Shown here piece after piece: positions 11,143 through 25,057 of a stretch of 64,000 bases of DNA. Numbering within the stretch: position 1 is the stretch's first letter; each line of letters begins with the position of its first letter. The translations under genes were made by a program, and so were the position numbers. The notes beneath the pieces are model-generated. The model did not search any database. It was given only the letters and a program-made list of their open reading frames with translations, and was not told the DNA's origin. Source of the DNA: Octopus bimaculoides (Eukaryota); the NCBI RefSeq assembly GCF_001194135.2, contig NC_068982.1, positions 124,518,271 to 124,582,270 of the forward strand, in the 5' to 3' direction.

Positions 11143-14100
11143 AGTGAACTCAATTCGTTTCAAATCTGTCTCCTACTGGGTGGATGGAGTTGTGTAAGGG
11201 AAGCAAAGGTGTTGTCGTGTGATGTTGGCATTCTATCTGAGTATCACAGAAAACGATGTTTGTTATAGCCTATTAGAATTCTTTCTTTTCATAGGCATCG
11301 ATCGATACATAATAGTATCAGTTCTTCATATTTTAACTAAAGCAAAGAAATTTATTGACGAGCACAACACACAACACTACAATTTGAGATAAATAAATAT
11401 GTGTCACTTCATTCGCATTGAAATATCTGTAACTCTAGAGAAATACTAACAATTTAACCCTCTCCATACTCCGTCTCTGTCTCTCTTTCTCTCTCTTACA
11501 CACACACGCACACACGCACACATACAAGCAGATCTCCAATATAAATATGTTTGTATAATAATCTCTAAATACAACTAGAACATACACATAAGCATATTAA
11601 TAGTATCTATAAAATAAGTCTATCCATACACATACGCATATACTAATGTGTTCAGTTTAGCATACAAAATACATGCTATGATATTGCGCACATAACCATT
11701 ATATCATAATACCCACAAGTAAGCATGTCTACATGTACGTATACAGTAAACTATTATTGTCTGTCTTTGATGAGTAATGCTATTCAACTAAAGCGTCATT
11801 ATAATCTACCGTATGACAGAAATGAAGCGAGAATGTTTTAATACTGTTTCTCTATAAACATACTTATTTTATCTTGATGTATCGCTTAGTCTGTTGTCTG
11901 TAGTCTTTTATATGAAAAAATCAATAACATATTTTGGAAATCATAGTTTGACTGAGTAATAGGCAAAATAAATAACCACAACTTTGTTGTTTCGAATTTT
12001 TCCCTTTTATGTATTTTCATCATAGTTCGACTTCTTGAGTTTATCCAGTAGAAGAAATAGAATTTTAGATTAAAAAAACAAAAACAAAAGAAAAAGAAAA
12101 ACTAGCTATTTGACGGAGATATTTGTTGTCGCAAAATTGGTATAAAATGTAACAATCTTTTTCCAGACCGGCAGGTATGATTGTTTTTACGTAATGTTTT
12201 ATGATGTAATATTTTATAATTTCAGCATTTTGAAATTCTATAGCTGAGACTAGACTCAGATATGTCTATTGATATGCATAGATATGTACAGGTATTCTGA
12301 TTAAAAATTATTTTGATTAAAAAAAAAAAACTAATTAGATTTAAAAGTAAATAAATAACAATAGAACTATCTATAAAATATTTTACAGAAAAAAAAAATT
12401 GACCCTGAGAATGTTACAGGTTCTCTTTAACTGCTACTAATTATTTTATAATTTGATAGCTTTTGCTGTTGTTTGAGACAAGATCAACAAGTGAGACAAC
12501 AGAAGGATCCAATTGATTTTAATGCGATTGATGTTAACCTCAGTCGCATAAAATATATTTCGATGATTATAGTTTCATCGGATTCTTTAAATTTTACTGA
12601 CAACATTTTATTGCACAGTAGACTCGTTTAAGGACAGCCAAATTGATTACATATGTTCCGCTCCCGAAAACGATGGTTAACTTTGTTATGATAGGCTGTA
12701 GGATGCACTCCGAATTAACGTTGGAAAGGTTCTTTGACACTAAGAGAAGGATTTATGCAGTGCCAAGCAAAGAGATTTAAAGGGTAGTCTGATTGCGAAG
12801 ATGCAACTTAATGCGTGGCTTCCACTACTATATCATTAAATATTGGCCATTAAGGCCTTACAAAGAGGGGACAAACAAGGACAGATAGACAATGGCTTCC
12901 ACTACTAACTAGATGCAGATGATCTTCACCACCTTATTAACTTCCTCGAAGAGAACAGTGAGCTGGCGGTAAATGTAAATCGTAACCCGATAATTTCAAA
13001 CTTACCTTAACAAAAAAGGAAGTGGAGTGTAGTGAGTCATATGATATGGAGACAGGCAACCTGGGGATTTGTTTTTTTACGAAACTTTTTAGTTAAGTCT
13101 GTTCTGAAAAAGCAAGACTTATATATTTTAAACTTTGTTGACAAATATTACAAATTTATTGATTGAGTCAATAAGGCATCAATCAGACTAACTAGCTGAA
13201 AAGTCGGTTGCTCGAGTTTCAGCATTCGTTCTTGCGCTGTGTTTGTGACTAAAATATTTTACACTTAACTGGCCGTTCTACTTCGCAGTAACTAAGTACC
13301 AAAGGAATGCAAACCTAACTAACTGCCCGAAAGTGTAAAAGCTCTGTTAAGTGTTCCGTTAATCTTTTGTGATAAATTAACGTGCCTAAAAATCAACTCC
13401 ACCTGATAGCGTAAAGCTGAAGCTTTTAAACAAGCTTTCTATAAGTCATCATCACCGTAAATAGAGATGAAAACAAATTATCACCAAATACTTTTGTCAT
13501 TTGAAAATCTGGAGAAAAATACACTTAAAATCTGGGGAAAGAAGCCATGTTTTATCTGTCTCGATGAAAAACAATCTTCTTTGAAGAAAGTGACTTTTTA
13601 ATTCTGGTATTCATATTTCATCTTGTGCAGTTTCTAGTGATGAGTATTACTACTTCCTATGTTTTGTATGAGTTGGCAACGAAAATACTGATTATGGGAA
13701 ATGGGTGCGTTGAGTAGAATCGCTTTGGGCTGTAACGTGGTGTGTGTTTAACAGCTGTCTCAACAGATGTCAATGCTGTGGTGATGACATTTTAGAAGAC
13801 TATATGGTGGTTTATAAACTGAAAGTCTACTAAAGACAACAGGAAGGAAAACAATCTACTAAGAGTAATATTAAGAAATCAGAAAAATAATTTTACACTT
13901 GTTTGTTCTGTGAATTGCAGGACAATTAATTATTCTGTTATAGCTTTAAGTTTAGGACTGACCTCCAGATATACAAAAACAAAGAGATATTGAATAAAAA
14001 TGAAATGTTGACCAGCAACTAGCTATGAAATTTTCTTTCAATAAGTTGGACAAAATAAAGATATTTCAGTAAATAGAATTGTTTCTTAGTCAGTCGTGAA

Positions 14101-14674
14101 AGAATCGTTGAAATGTAGAAGTCACTATTTATTTATTCTTTTGTTTCGTTTGAAAAGGCATCTCGCTTTGTTAGAAAATTATACGTACTCTCGAAATGCC
14201 GGGAGGGTGTCTCGTGATACTGTGACTCAAAATAGAATGCAATGTACCATAACGAGAATATTTGTAGAGTGATTGTACAGGTTATCCGTAGAAATTTAAT
14301 CTTTTAAACTTCCTAGTTTTCTCAGTGTCCTTTCGTGTCCGAATAGATGTAAGATGAGTAGGTGTAACTGGACGAGATAACATATCAATTGAAGAACATT
14401 AGGTACGAATGAGTTTGACCTAACAAATCAGTTCCGATGAGATTTTCGTGTCGGCAATATGCTAAATAGCTCAAAGCTGGGACCCTGGTAAGTGCTACCG
14501 CTCTGGGTCAGAGTAGATCTGGGGATAATAGTAGCTAAGAGGTGGTTCCACGCTCCTCAAAACATGGAGTTCCAGAACCAGGGACCCACAATCGGATGCA
14601 GTTTAAATTCATAATCAGAACGTATGCACATACGTGCATACATACATGCATACATACATACATACATACATACA

Positions 14675-14705
<31 letters not shown>

Positions 14706-15171
14706 TACAACACATAACGATTCTGATCGATGCATCATTATATGATATTTCATACGATATTTATTAAAAGAGAGTTTAAGGGTGAGATTTGAAGCAGAAA
14801 GATTAGTAATTAATTGTATAAAGAATAAAGATAATGGCTTAAGCAATCTTCAGTTCTTATCAGTTTTTCAGTTCATGCACTCAAAGCCGCTTTATGTTTT
14901 GGAGAAATCCTTTTGTATGCTGATTAAGTTCTTAAATATGTTTGTTGACCGAGATGTGTATAACGTACATACAATTTGGTATACAACTACATTAATATGC
15001 ATCTGTTCATGGTAAGAGGCGGCAACGCTACGCTTCGTCGAACTTATGGACTGTTGCAAGTCAGTAAGAATACCTTTTTGTTACCATATTTCTGTTAAAA
15101 TATGTTCTTTGATTCAATTGATTTGAAACATGAAGAGTTTAGAAAAAAATAACTTTGTTATTGAGCTGATG

Positions 15172-15392
15172 TAAAGCGGTGAGAAGGCAGAATCATTAGA
15201 ACGCCGGACAAAATGCTTAGCGCCATTTTTTCTGACGTTATGTTCTGAGTTCAAATTTCACTGAGGTCGTATTTGCCTTTCATCAATTCAGGATCGATAA
15301 AATACGCACCAATTTCGCATTGGGGTCGATGTAATTGACTTACACACTCCCCTGAAATTGCTGGACTTGTTCCAATATTTGAAACCATTATT
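15172..15392 (+). mobile_element. SINE family A
   Basis: Diverged head, B box and central domain. Confidence 0.8.
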
Positions 15393-16492
15393 AGGCGGTA
15401 TTTGGAACACAAATTAACATAAAATTTTAATGAGAAGTTTGTACCACAAAATTAGGGGCAGATTCGGGCAGATTCGGGCGGATTCGTATCAAAACGGATA
15501 AGAATATTAACCTACAAATATTGGAGTAATAAATTTGTCAAGGGAAAAGAAAAAAGACCCTCAACTTTGAATAGACGAATTCAGTTTACCAGCACTAAAT
15601 CTTAAGATCAAAGTGTTAATCTCAAACTACAATCCTTCATTTTATCCATTATTTAATCTTCTAAAAGTCCTAAGTCCTACTTATAAGCTCTTATATAATA
15701 ACAAAAATTCTATAAGCCCTCAAAACTTAATGCGAATAGTTTCCATGTAATCCTTCTAATAATCTATGAGTTTATTCTATGCAACAGAATAATGGGGGAA
15801 AATCAAAAGAAAGCAAAAAATATTCTTTTGAAATATAACTGAACTAAGATCTCCAAGGGTAGACTGATGGCGAACAGCTTTCAAAACAATTAACTGAATA
15901 CTGTAGAGGGGCAGGGAATGGAAATCCGTATCTGGACAGTTAAAACAACGAGAACATTATTGACAGCATATCGCGGTTATTAATATAGACAAAAATAAAA
16001 GAAAAGAGAAAAAGAGATATTTGTGTTAGAGACAGACAAAGAAATACGAAATATGAACGAAAACAACAAGGGAGAAAAGAAAATATTTTGCTTCTATTTC
16101 CTTTAAACTGAGTAACGGTACATATTTGGTAAAGTAAAGAGGCTGAGAGTGGGAAATCTTTCCTGTTGTAATAGCCCAAAATATTATAGAATCATCGCAC
16201 GCATACACACGCTCCTACGCATACACGCACACTCACACGCACACTCACACGCACGTACGCAAACATATGCTGATATATGCAGGAAAAAGCCCTTTATGCG
16301 GCCTAAATTCAGAGCGATACGAAATATGTAAGAATATGACTATTCATAGCCCACGCTTTCTCCTTCTCCCTCCCTCCCTCCCTCTCTTTTGCTTCACCGA
16401 TATGCGTATGTCTGTGCGTGCGTTTGTGTGTGTGAGCATGTGTGTGTATGTGTGTGTCTTCGTATAAATACTTGCATACATACATATATATG

Positions 16493-16524
<32 letters not shown>

Positions 16525-16547
16525 TGTGAAATAGTATATTATATGCA

Positions 16548-16599
<52 letters not shown>

Positions 16600-16607
16600 A
16601 TTCTATC

Positions 16608-16649
<42 letters not shown>

Positions 16650-16704
16650 CATGTATTTGAAATAGTATATTATATGCACACATATATGTATATATATGTA
16701 GGTA

Positions 16705-17010
16705 CATGGCTCAGTAGAGCGTCGAGCTTACGATCGTGAGGTTATGAGTTCGATTCGCGGACCGGGCTGTGTGTTGTGTTCTTGACACTTTATTTCGTGT
16801 TGCTCCAGTTCACTCATCTATAGAAATGAGTTGCGACGTCACTGGTGCCAAACTGTATATCGGCCTTTGCTTTTTCCCTCGGATAACATCGGTGGCATGA
16901 AGAGGGGAGGCTGGTATACGTGGGCAACTGTTGGTCTTCTATAAACAAACTTGGCTGGACTTATGCCTTGGAGGAGAACCTTCTAGGTGTAATCCGATGG
17001 TTATTCGTGA
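16705..17010 (+). mobile_element. SINE family C head + CORE-like domain with a different tail
   Basis: TGGCTCAGTAG...GAGTTCGATTCGC...GACACTTTATTTCGTGTTGCTCCAGTTCACTCA, followed by unrelated 3' sequence. Confidence 0.7.
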
Positions 17011-17312
17011 GCAGAAGGGGTCTGTACTCAGAGATTTAATATTGCTCATTTCTCCTTTTTCGAGATCAGCGACAGTTTGTCACTGGAAAAAGCATGTAGT
17101 ATTTTGCGTGTGGAATGAGTTTTCATCACTAGCTCGTGATTATCACACACTACCCAGAAACCCGGGTCTGTGTGTATCACGTAAGACTGGAGATGGAACG
17201 ATGATTTCCCTACGCAAATACTAATCGGACACAGACAATGTGTCGTTAGCTAAAAACAACAGTAGCATTGTCCTCTGTGGGACCGCCACATTTAGTTGGC
17301 GATTATATTTTA

Positions 17313-17352
<40 letters not shown>

Positions 17353-17713
17353 GTCCGGCGAAAGTCATTCTCTTTTAGTGCCTTATTACTTAACACACTC
17401 ACCGGTTCAATTTCCATTAATTTACTTATTTAGTTTTTCTAAAATTTTCGTTGCGTCTTGCAACCTCTTCAATAGTCGTTGACTCTTTCCGTTATCAGAG
17501 CTGCATTCTTTTTGTTTGTTTGTGCGCATGTGTGTGCATCAGTGTGCATCAGTGTGCATGTGTATACACATATGTATGTATGTCATTATTCAGTTTATTT
17601 CAAGATTTCTTGCCAATAAAGAACCGGTTTCTAACCTAGATCCAAGGTTCCTTCATTGGAATTTCAACGTCAACAATAGGGTATTTTTGTTTGTTTGTAT
17701 GTATGTATGTATG

Positions 17714-17744
<31 letters not shown>

Positions 17745-17858
17745 GTATGTGTGCGCGTGTGTATGTGTGTATGTATGTATGTATGTATGTATGTATGTAT
17801 GTATGTATGTATATGCATGTATGTGTGTGTGCATGCCTCCCTGTTTATTTCTGTGTTC

Positions 17859-17894
17859 CTTTCTGTCGAAGAGCGTAGGCTCGAAACGTAAAAG
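17859..17894 (+). ncRNA. Minimal hammerhead-like motif with A6U core change
   Basis: CTTT-CTGTCGA-A-GAGC-gtag-GCTC-GAAA-CG-TA-AAAG: perfect 4-bp stems I and II and a CG stem III. Confidence 0.6.
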
Positions 17895-18007
17895 ACTTTC
17901 TCACTTCCCGAGCGTTTAACTAATACACCTGTTTGTTGTTCACACACCCGTCTTCGTCTTTTGTTTTTTTGTAAATTCTCACTACATACATACATACATA
18001 CATACAT

Positions 18008-18097
<90 letters not shown>

Positions 18098-19056
18098 NNN
18101 NNNNNNNNNNNNNNNNNNNNNNNNNNNNNNNNNNNNNNNNNNNNNNNNNNNNNNNNNNNNNNNNNNNNNNNNNNNNNNNNNNNNNNNNNNNNNNNNNNNN
18201 NNNNNNNNNNNNNNNNNNNNNNNNNNNNNNNNNNNNNNNNNNNNNNNNNNNNNNNNNNNNNNNNNNNNNNNNNNNNNNNNNNNNNNNNNNNNNNNNNNNN
18301 NNNNNNNNNNNNNNNNNNNNNNNNNNNNNNNNNNNNNNNNNNNNNNNNNNNNNNNNNNNNNNNNNNNNNNNNNNNNNNNNNNNNNNNNNNNNNNNNNNNN
18401 NNNNNNNNNNNNNNNNNNNNNNNNNNNNNNNNNNNNNNNNNNNNNNNNNNNNNNNNNNNNNNNNNNNNNNNNNNNNNNNNNNNNNNNNNNNNNNNNNNNN
18501 NNNNNNNNNNNNNNNNNNNNNNNNNNNNNNNNNNNNNNNNNNNNNNNNNNNNNNNNNNNNNNNNNNNNNNNNNNNNNNNNNNNNNNNNNNNNNNNNNNNN
18601 NNNNNNNNNNNNNNNNNNNNNNNNNNNNNNNNNNNNNNNNNNNNNNNNNNNNNNNNNNNNNNNNNNNNNNNNNNNNNNNNNNNNNNNNNNNNNNNNNNNN
18701 NNNNNNNNNNNNNNNNNNNNNNNNNNNNNNNNNNNNNNNNNNNNNNNNNNNNNNNNNNNNNNNNNNNNNNNNNNNNNNNNNNNNNNNNNNNNNNNNNNNN
18801 NNNNNNNNNNNNNNNNNNNNNNNNNNNNNNNNNNNNNNNNNNNNNNNNNNNNNNNNNNNNNNNNNNNNNNNNNNNNNNNNNNNNNNNNNNNNNNNNNNNN
18901 NNNNNNNNNNNNNNNNNNNNNNNNNNNNNNNNNNNNNNNNNNNNNNNNNNNNNNNNNNNNTATAGTACAAAAGAATATTAATATTTAGTTTAAGGCGGTG
19001 AGTTGGCAGAATCGGCGAAAATGCTTAGCATATACACACGCATATTTACATACATA

Positions 19057-19214
19057 CACTAGCGTAGCTGAGGTGTGTAGGAGCGGTCCGCCCCAGGCGG
19101 CTCTTTTAAAGGTGCTCCACGTTTGGGTCTGTGTAGGCAACATTTTTTTCTGGGGTCCGAGGGCGGCAAGCGGAAGGGCCGCCCCGGGCGGCACACACTC
19201 TAACTACGCTAGTG
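19057..19214. mobile_element. hAT-type MITE (158 bp)
   Basis: Perfect 11-bp TIR CACTAGCGTAG/CTACGCTAGTG (imperfect to about 22 bp) and an 8-bp TSD CATACATA (19049-19056, 19215-19222), with GC-rich internal hairpins. Confidence 0.85.
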
Positions 19215-19437
19215 CATACATAATACACACACGCGTATTTTGGCTATTGCACTGTTCTGTTATTTAGGAGTTTCTCCAACCTGTTGCTGGTCCCTCAACC
19301 AGATGTAGAATCAATCAGGCTCAAGAGTGAATCAGGCTCAAGTGAGCCACGCTCAAGAGAACATAACACTCTCCAATGGTATTGAGTACTTTTTCTCCCA
19401 TCCCCTATCACCAGTGTCTGTGTGAAGGCGTGTGCAA

Positions 19438-19493
<56 letters not shown>

Positions 19494-19618
19494 CTGTCTG
19501 TCTGTCTGTCTGTCTGTCTGTATGTTTCTCACTTTCTCTCTCTGTATGTATGTATATGTGTATGTGTGTGTATGTATATGTATGGATGCGTGTATTTTTG
19601 TATGTCTATATATGCTTG

Positions 19619-19654
<36 letters not shown>

Positions 19655-19676
19655 TGTATGTATACACACGCACACG

Positions 19677-19717
<41 letters not shown>

Positions 19718-21424
19718 ACATACATACATACATACATATGTGTGTATATATATATGTTAAGGCTATTGCATTATATAACATCGTAAGGCTACATTGATCA
19801 CGTGTCTTTTCACATGCAGTATGGTGATTGAGTGCCAAACATTTTAGGAAATTTTCCTTATAAATTGTGATGACATGTAAGTCTTTAAATTTGACATTTA
19901 GACTTTGATAATTAACAGCTTTTTCCCTAAGTGGTCGAGCAGCCATTTTAGCAAAACTGAAAACGTTCTTTTAAAACAACAAAATTTTTATCTGAATTTA
20001 TGTTTGTTGTTTTTTATATACTATGTTGAAATAAACAGAAGAAATTTTATGATTTTTGAATAATTATTGATTCTTCTTTTGAGTAGGATTTTATTCAGCA
20101 GATTTTAGATACGGTAAAAGATCTTTGAATATGTTTTATTCTATACTAGTTGTAGAGGGCGTAGCGTGTTCGTGGAACCTATGGCAAATGAATAAATGGC
20201 GCTCATAAATCCCACGAAATTTTCTTTATTGCAGATCGTTAGTGTTATGGTATTCAAACATGTTACTCGGAATAATAACTCTAATAATAACTCAGAATAA
20301 TAAATCCAATATACATTTTAGGATGTTTATTTTATGAAGTATGTAAAACATTATGTATATAAACCCTTCCAAAAATGCTTTGAGATAACACTGGTATGGT
20401 CTCGAATTCTGAATCCAAAGTCTTGATGAGGGGAAAAAGACAGTTTGAGGCAGAGAGTGAAAGATGTTATAATCTGCGGACGACTGACGATGTTGACGAT
20501 GAGGATGATAATGGTGATGATGATTATGATGATGATATACATACATGCATACATACATACATACATACATACATATCTACAAACAAACATACATGTTTGA
20601 AGTTAGGATAAACATAAGTTTATATGATTTGTTCCCAACGTACGTTTCCCCATTGTAGTTATTTGGAACATTGCATTAGATGTTCCAAGCGTAACTGAAA
20701 TCATCAATGGCCATATTATTGCATTATATTACACAGATTAAATGCCTGAATATCATAAACGGTAATACAATTACATAGTAGTAAAAACAGACTGGTTGAA
20801 GATATTCTGCGTGGAGCTTTAAACTTACTTCAGTAGCAGGCGTACATCTAATTATAATTGCACACACCAGATTTGCTATATACCTTTTACGCTTTACTTG
20901 TTTCAGTTATTAGACTGTGGCCATGCTGGGGCATCACCTTCAAGAATTTTTAGTCGAACGAATCAATCGGTCTATGTTTGTGGTGGTGGTGGTGGTTGGT
21001 GGGGGGGGGGCGCTAGGAATGTGGCCTGGGTGTCAAGTGAGCGGAGACGCGAAAAAGCTTGGGAAGCACTAGTCTAAACCTTTCAATGACTGAAACAAGT
21101 AAAAGATAAAAATGAGAAAAGATATGGGACTTTTAAAATAATGTTTTGTTTGCTCCCATTTTTGATTATTTTTTCTTACAATTTTGAACTTTATTTTATG
21201 ACAGTTTTCTCTTACTTCTGTCAATGCAAACTCTTCAATGATATTAAAATTTTCCGTTTCCTCACCGTTCAGTGCAGAGTAAGGTTAAAGCCGACAATCT
21301 TTCTTGGCTTACTGAAGCTCTCAAATATGATATGATCATGATATAAGCATTAAAAAAGAAAAAAAAACACCCTTGAAGCAATACAGATGAGGATGCCAAT
21401 AAATAAATAAAAAAAACGTGAACA

Positions 21425-21630
21425 AGGCGTAGGAGTGGCTGTGTGGTAAGTAGCTTGCTTACGAACCACATCGTTCCGGGTTCAGTCCCACTGCGTGGCA
21501 TCTTGTGCACGTGTCTTCTACTATAGCCTCGAGCCGACCAAAGCCTTGTGAGTGGATTTGGTAGACGGAAACTGAAAGAAGCTCGTCGTGTATATGTATG
21601 TGTGTATATNNNNNNNNNNTATATACATAC

Positions 21631-21670
<40 letters not shown>

Positions 21671-21830
21671 TTGTATGTCTGTGCTTATCCCCCCAACGTC
21701 GCTTGACAACCGATGCTGGTGTGTTTACGCCCCCGTAACTTAGCGGTTCGGCAAAAAAGCCCGATAAAATAAGTACTAGGCTTACATGGCCACAGTCAAA
21801 CAAGTGAAACAAGTAAAAAAGTAAAAGAGT
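21425..21830 (+). mobile_element. SINE family E
   Basis: Same bipartite structure as 53026-53474, with a full head AGGCGTAGGAGTGGCTGTGTGG. Confidence 0.88.
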
Positions 21831-24250
21831 AAGCATCCAGATAACCAAGACTATATTATCCAAAAAGACAGTCGAATGTAGTTTTGAGCGAAATTTGGCT
21901 GCTATTTCTAGCAGGTGTATCGCATAAGATGTTTCCCCTGTAACTCATAAATTAAATAGTTCTGTTTAGTGAAAACTTATAGGAGTGAAAATATTTAAAT
22001 AACTACATCCCTAAGCAAGTATGCCTAGAGATATAATTAAAAACATATCATTATGATGTCATTTATTGTAGGATATCATTCACATGTATTATCTTTTCCT
22101 CTACACTCCATCAGATTATTACAGATGTCATTTCTATGATTTACTATGAATTTTAGCCCCACCTCTAAGCAAACTGTTTCCGCTAAATATATCAGATAAG
22201 GTACATTACTTTCATTGGCCCGCGGGTCACAGGTCTATCCCAGGTTATAATTCAGTTAAGAAAACAGTTAAGATATGACGTAGCTGCAGAGGTATCTTTA
22301 TCACATCCTCTATTTTTAAACGGTGACGATTCGTTCTCTGACAAGAAAAAGATGGGAGCGGTTCATGCTAAATTCTAAAAGACGGATACCAGAATTGTTT
22401 ATGACACAGTCTTTAACAATGCTGCTGTCCTACACAGAGAGGCTGACACACAGACACATGCATGCATACATACACGCATGCACGCACACATGCACAAACA
22501 AACAAACATACACATTGTCACATTTTTTTTGTATCTTTAGTGTATGTGTGTATATCATGAACACGTAATATACATAAATATGTGCGTGCGTGTGGTCCGC
22601 CACAACATTCCTCCATGGCAAGATTTAATTTGTGTATACAAATTTAATTTGCGGTCCATGGGAAGAGCTGTTTTAACGATGCGTCCTGCCTAGCTCTTCG
22701 AAACGCCGGTGTTAAAACGGAGGTAGCTGATGAAGTAGAATGTTCTCTATGTGGCTTGTGTGTTTTCTCGTCTCTGTTTTGTTTGCAATGTCCTGTACCC
22801 AGATATGCACCTATACATACAGGTGGATGTCGGTATGTACATACCTGTACGTATATATGCATATATTTATATATTATTTATGTTATTATATGATGGAACG
22901 CCNNNNNNNNNNNNNNNNNNNNNNNNNNNNNNNNNNNNNNNNNNNNNNNNNNNNNNNNNNNNNNNNNNNNNNNNNNNNNNNNNNNNNNNNNNNNNNNNNN
23001 NNNNNNNNNNNNNNNNNNNNNNNNNNNNNNNNNNNNNNNNNNNNNNNNNNNNNNNNNNNNNNNNNNNNNNNNNNNNNNNNNNNNNNNNNNNNNNNNNNNN
23101 NNNNNNNNNNNNNNNNNNNNNNNNNNNNNNNNNNNNNNNNNNNNNNNNNNNNNNNNNNNNNNNNNNNNNNNNNNNNNNNNNNNNNNNNNNNNNNNNNNNN
23201 NNNNNNNNNNNNNNNNNNNNNNNNNNNNNNNNNNNNNNNNNNNNNNNNNNNNNNNNNNNNNNNNNNNNNNNNNNNNNNNNNNNNNNNNNNNNNNNNNNNN
23301 NNNNNNNNNNNNNNNNNNNNNNNNNNNNNNNNNNNNNNNNNNNNNNNNNNNNNNNNNTATATATATATATATATGTAGGTATGTACATATATGTATGTAT
23401 ATATGCATATATTTATATATTATTTATGTTATTATATGATGGAACGCCACGCATCCTTTTTCAAGTAAGTTTTATCTATTCGGCAAAATGTTTCATACTG
23501 AGATTTTTTCTTGCTCGAAAGAATACTTGCGAACGATATGATTATTACTGTTCGCTACAATTTCATTTCATTTGAGAACGGACGTGCATGTATAACCATA
23601 TTGCTGTTGTTGATGTTGTCAAACGAATTGCTTTTTTTTTTATTTGCGTGGGCATTGCTCCTTTCGTCAGTCTAAACGAACAAAAGAATACATTCATACA
23701 GATAATGGTGAGCGGATTTAAGATAAAAAGAGGCCGGCGCCACCTTAGCAGAAGACATTTTTTCTCACTGAATAGTATCAAATCTTCTAAAGCAAGTTCG
23801 TTTTTGCTTTTCATCTCCAGTAGCCTTCTTCCTTCTGTATTGTTGCTTTCGTGTTTTTATTGAATCGGTAAATTTATCGTACACTTCGCTCGATCTTAAG
23901 AGCCGTATTCAGTTTCTTCAATTTTATCTGTTCCCAGTGAAAATAATTGTTTTTAATGTGTAACTTAATTGTTTTAATCTAATCTCATTAAATATCTCTA
24001 GAAGATTCTAGAAATTTCATTTTAGGTTTATTCAAACTTTATTCATCGTAATCTCCATATAAATAGTAATAATGATAATAATTGACCAGCACGACAAATA
24101 CTAAAATTATCATACATGATGATAATGCTGCTGCTGATCATGATGACGATTATGATGGTGGTGATGATGATGATGAAGATAAGGAAGAGTAAGAAGAAAT
24201 AAAAGGAGATGATGATGTTGATGATGATGACGACGACGACGATGATGATA

Positions 24251-24304
<54 letters not shown>

Positions 24305-24670
24305 GTGTGATGATGAGGAAGTCGGTTTCGGTGATGAATATTCTAGCGGTTCCATCGACTCAACTACCAACTCTTTCAGTTTTATTCTAAATGGCTGAGT
24401 ATTTCTTAGACATTTGTATTTTTGAAATACTTCCCAGGAAGAATTAGTATTAGCATGTTACATTATATGACAAAGGTGGGTGGTCTCTTCAATTACAGGT
24501 TTCTTTCCATTTAACGTGTTTCCATAAGTTTCCGTCTATCTCATTTCGCTCACAGCGAATGATTCAATGCAAGACTAAGGTAGAACACAATTATTGAAGG
24601 TATCTCGGTGTTAGATCGAACCCGGCATCTAAGGATTAAGAAATGAACCATTTCCTTATTCAACTGTGCC

Positions 24671-24704
<34 letters not shown>

Positions 24705-25057
24705 NNNNNNNNNNNNNNNNNNNNNNNNNNNNNNNNNNNNNNNNNNNNNNNNNNNNNNNNNNNNNNNNNNNNNNNNNNNNNNNNNNNNNNNNNNNNNNNN
24801 NNNNNNNNNNNNNNNNNNNNNNNNNNNNNNNNNNNNNNNNNNNNNNNNNNNNNNNNNNNNNNNNNNNNNNNNNNNNNNNNNNNNNNNNNNNNNNNNNNNN
24901 NNNNNNNNNNNNNNNNNNNNNNNNNNNNNNNNNNNNNNNNNNNNNNNNNNNNNNNNNNNNNNNNNNNNNNNNNNNNNNNNNNNNNNNNNNNNNNNNNNNN
25001 NNNNNNNNNNNNNNNNNNNNNNNNNNNNNNNNNNNNNNNNNNNNNNNNNTATATATA

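Noticed and set aside
15457-15487. GGGCAGATTC x3
   Set aside because: A simple short slippage repeat with no further structure.
17636-18981. Long ORFs spanning N gaps (also at 10.6, 22.9, 24.7, 25.6, 27.0, 30.7, 36.8, 38.5, 40.3, 49-50 and 58 kb)
   Set aside because: Their length comes from Ns and dinucleotide/tetranucleotide repeats.
22655-22720. HDV-like ribozyme interpretation of the pseudoknot
   Set aside because: No P3 pairing, no GG for P1.1 and no J4/2 catalytic C-R-A segment.
23563-23814. Minus ORF with faint resemblance to an ABCA N-terminus (LILFSEKKCLLLRWRRPLF)
   Set aside because: The resemblance is limited to a few residues, and there are no supporting downstream exons.
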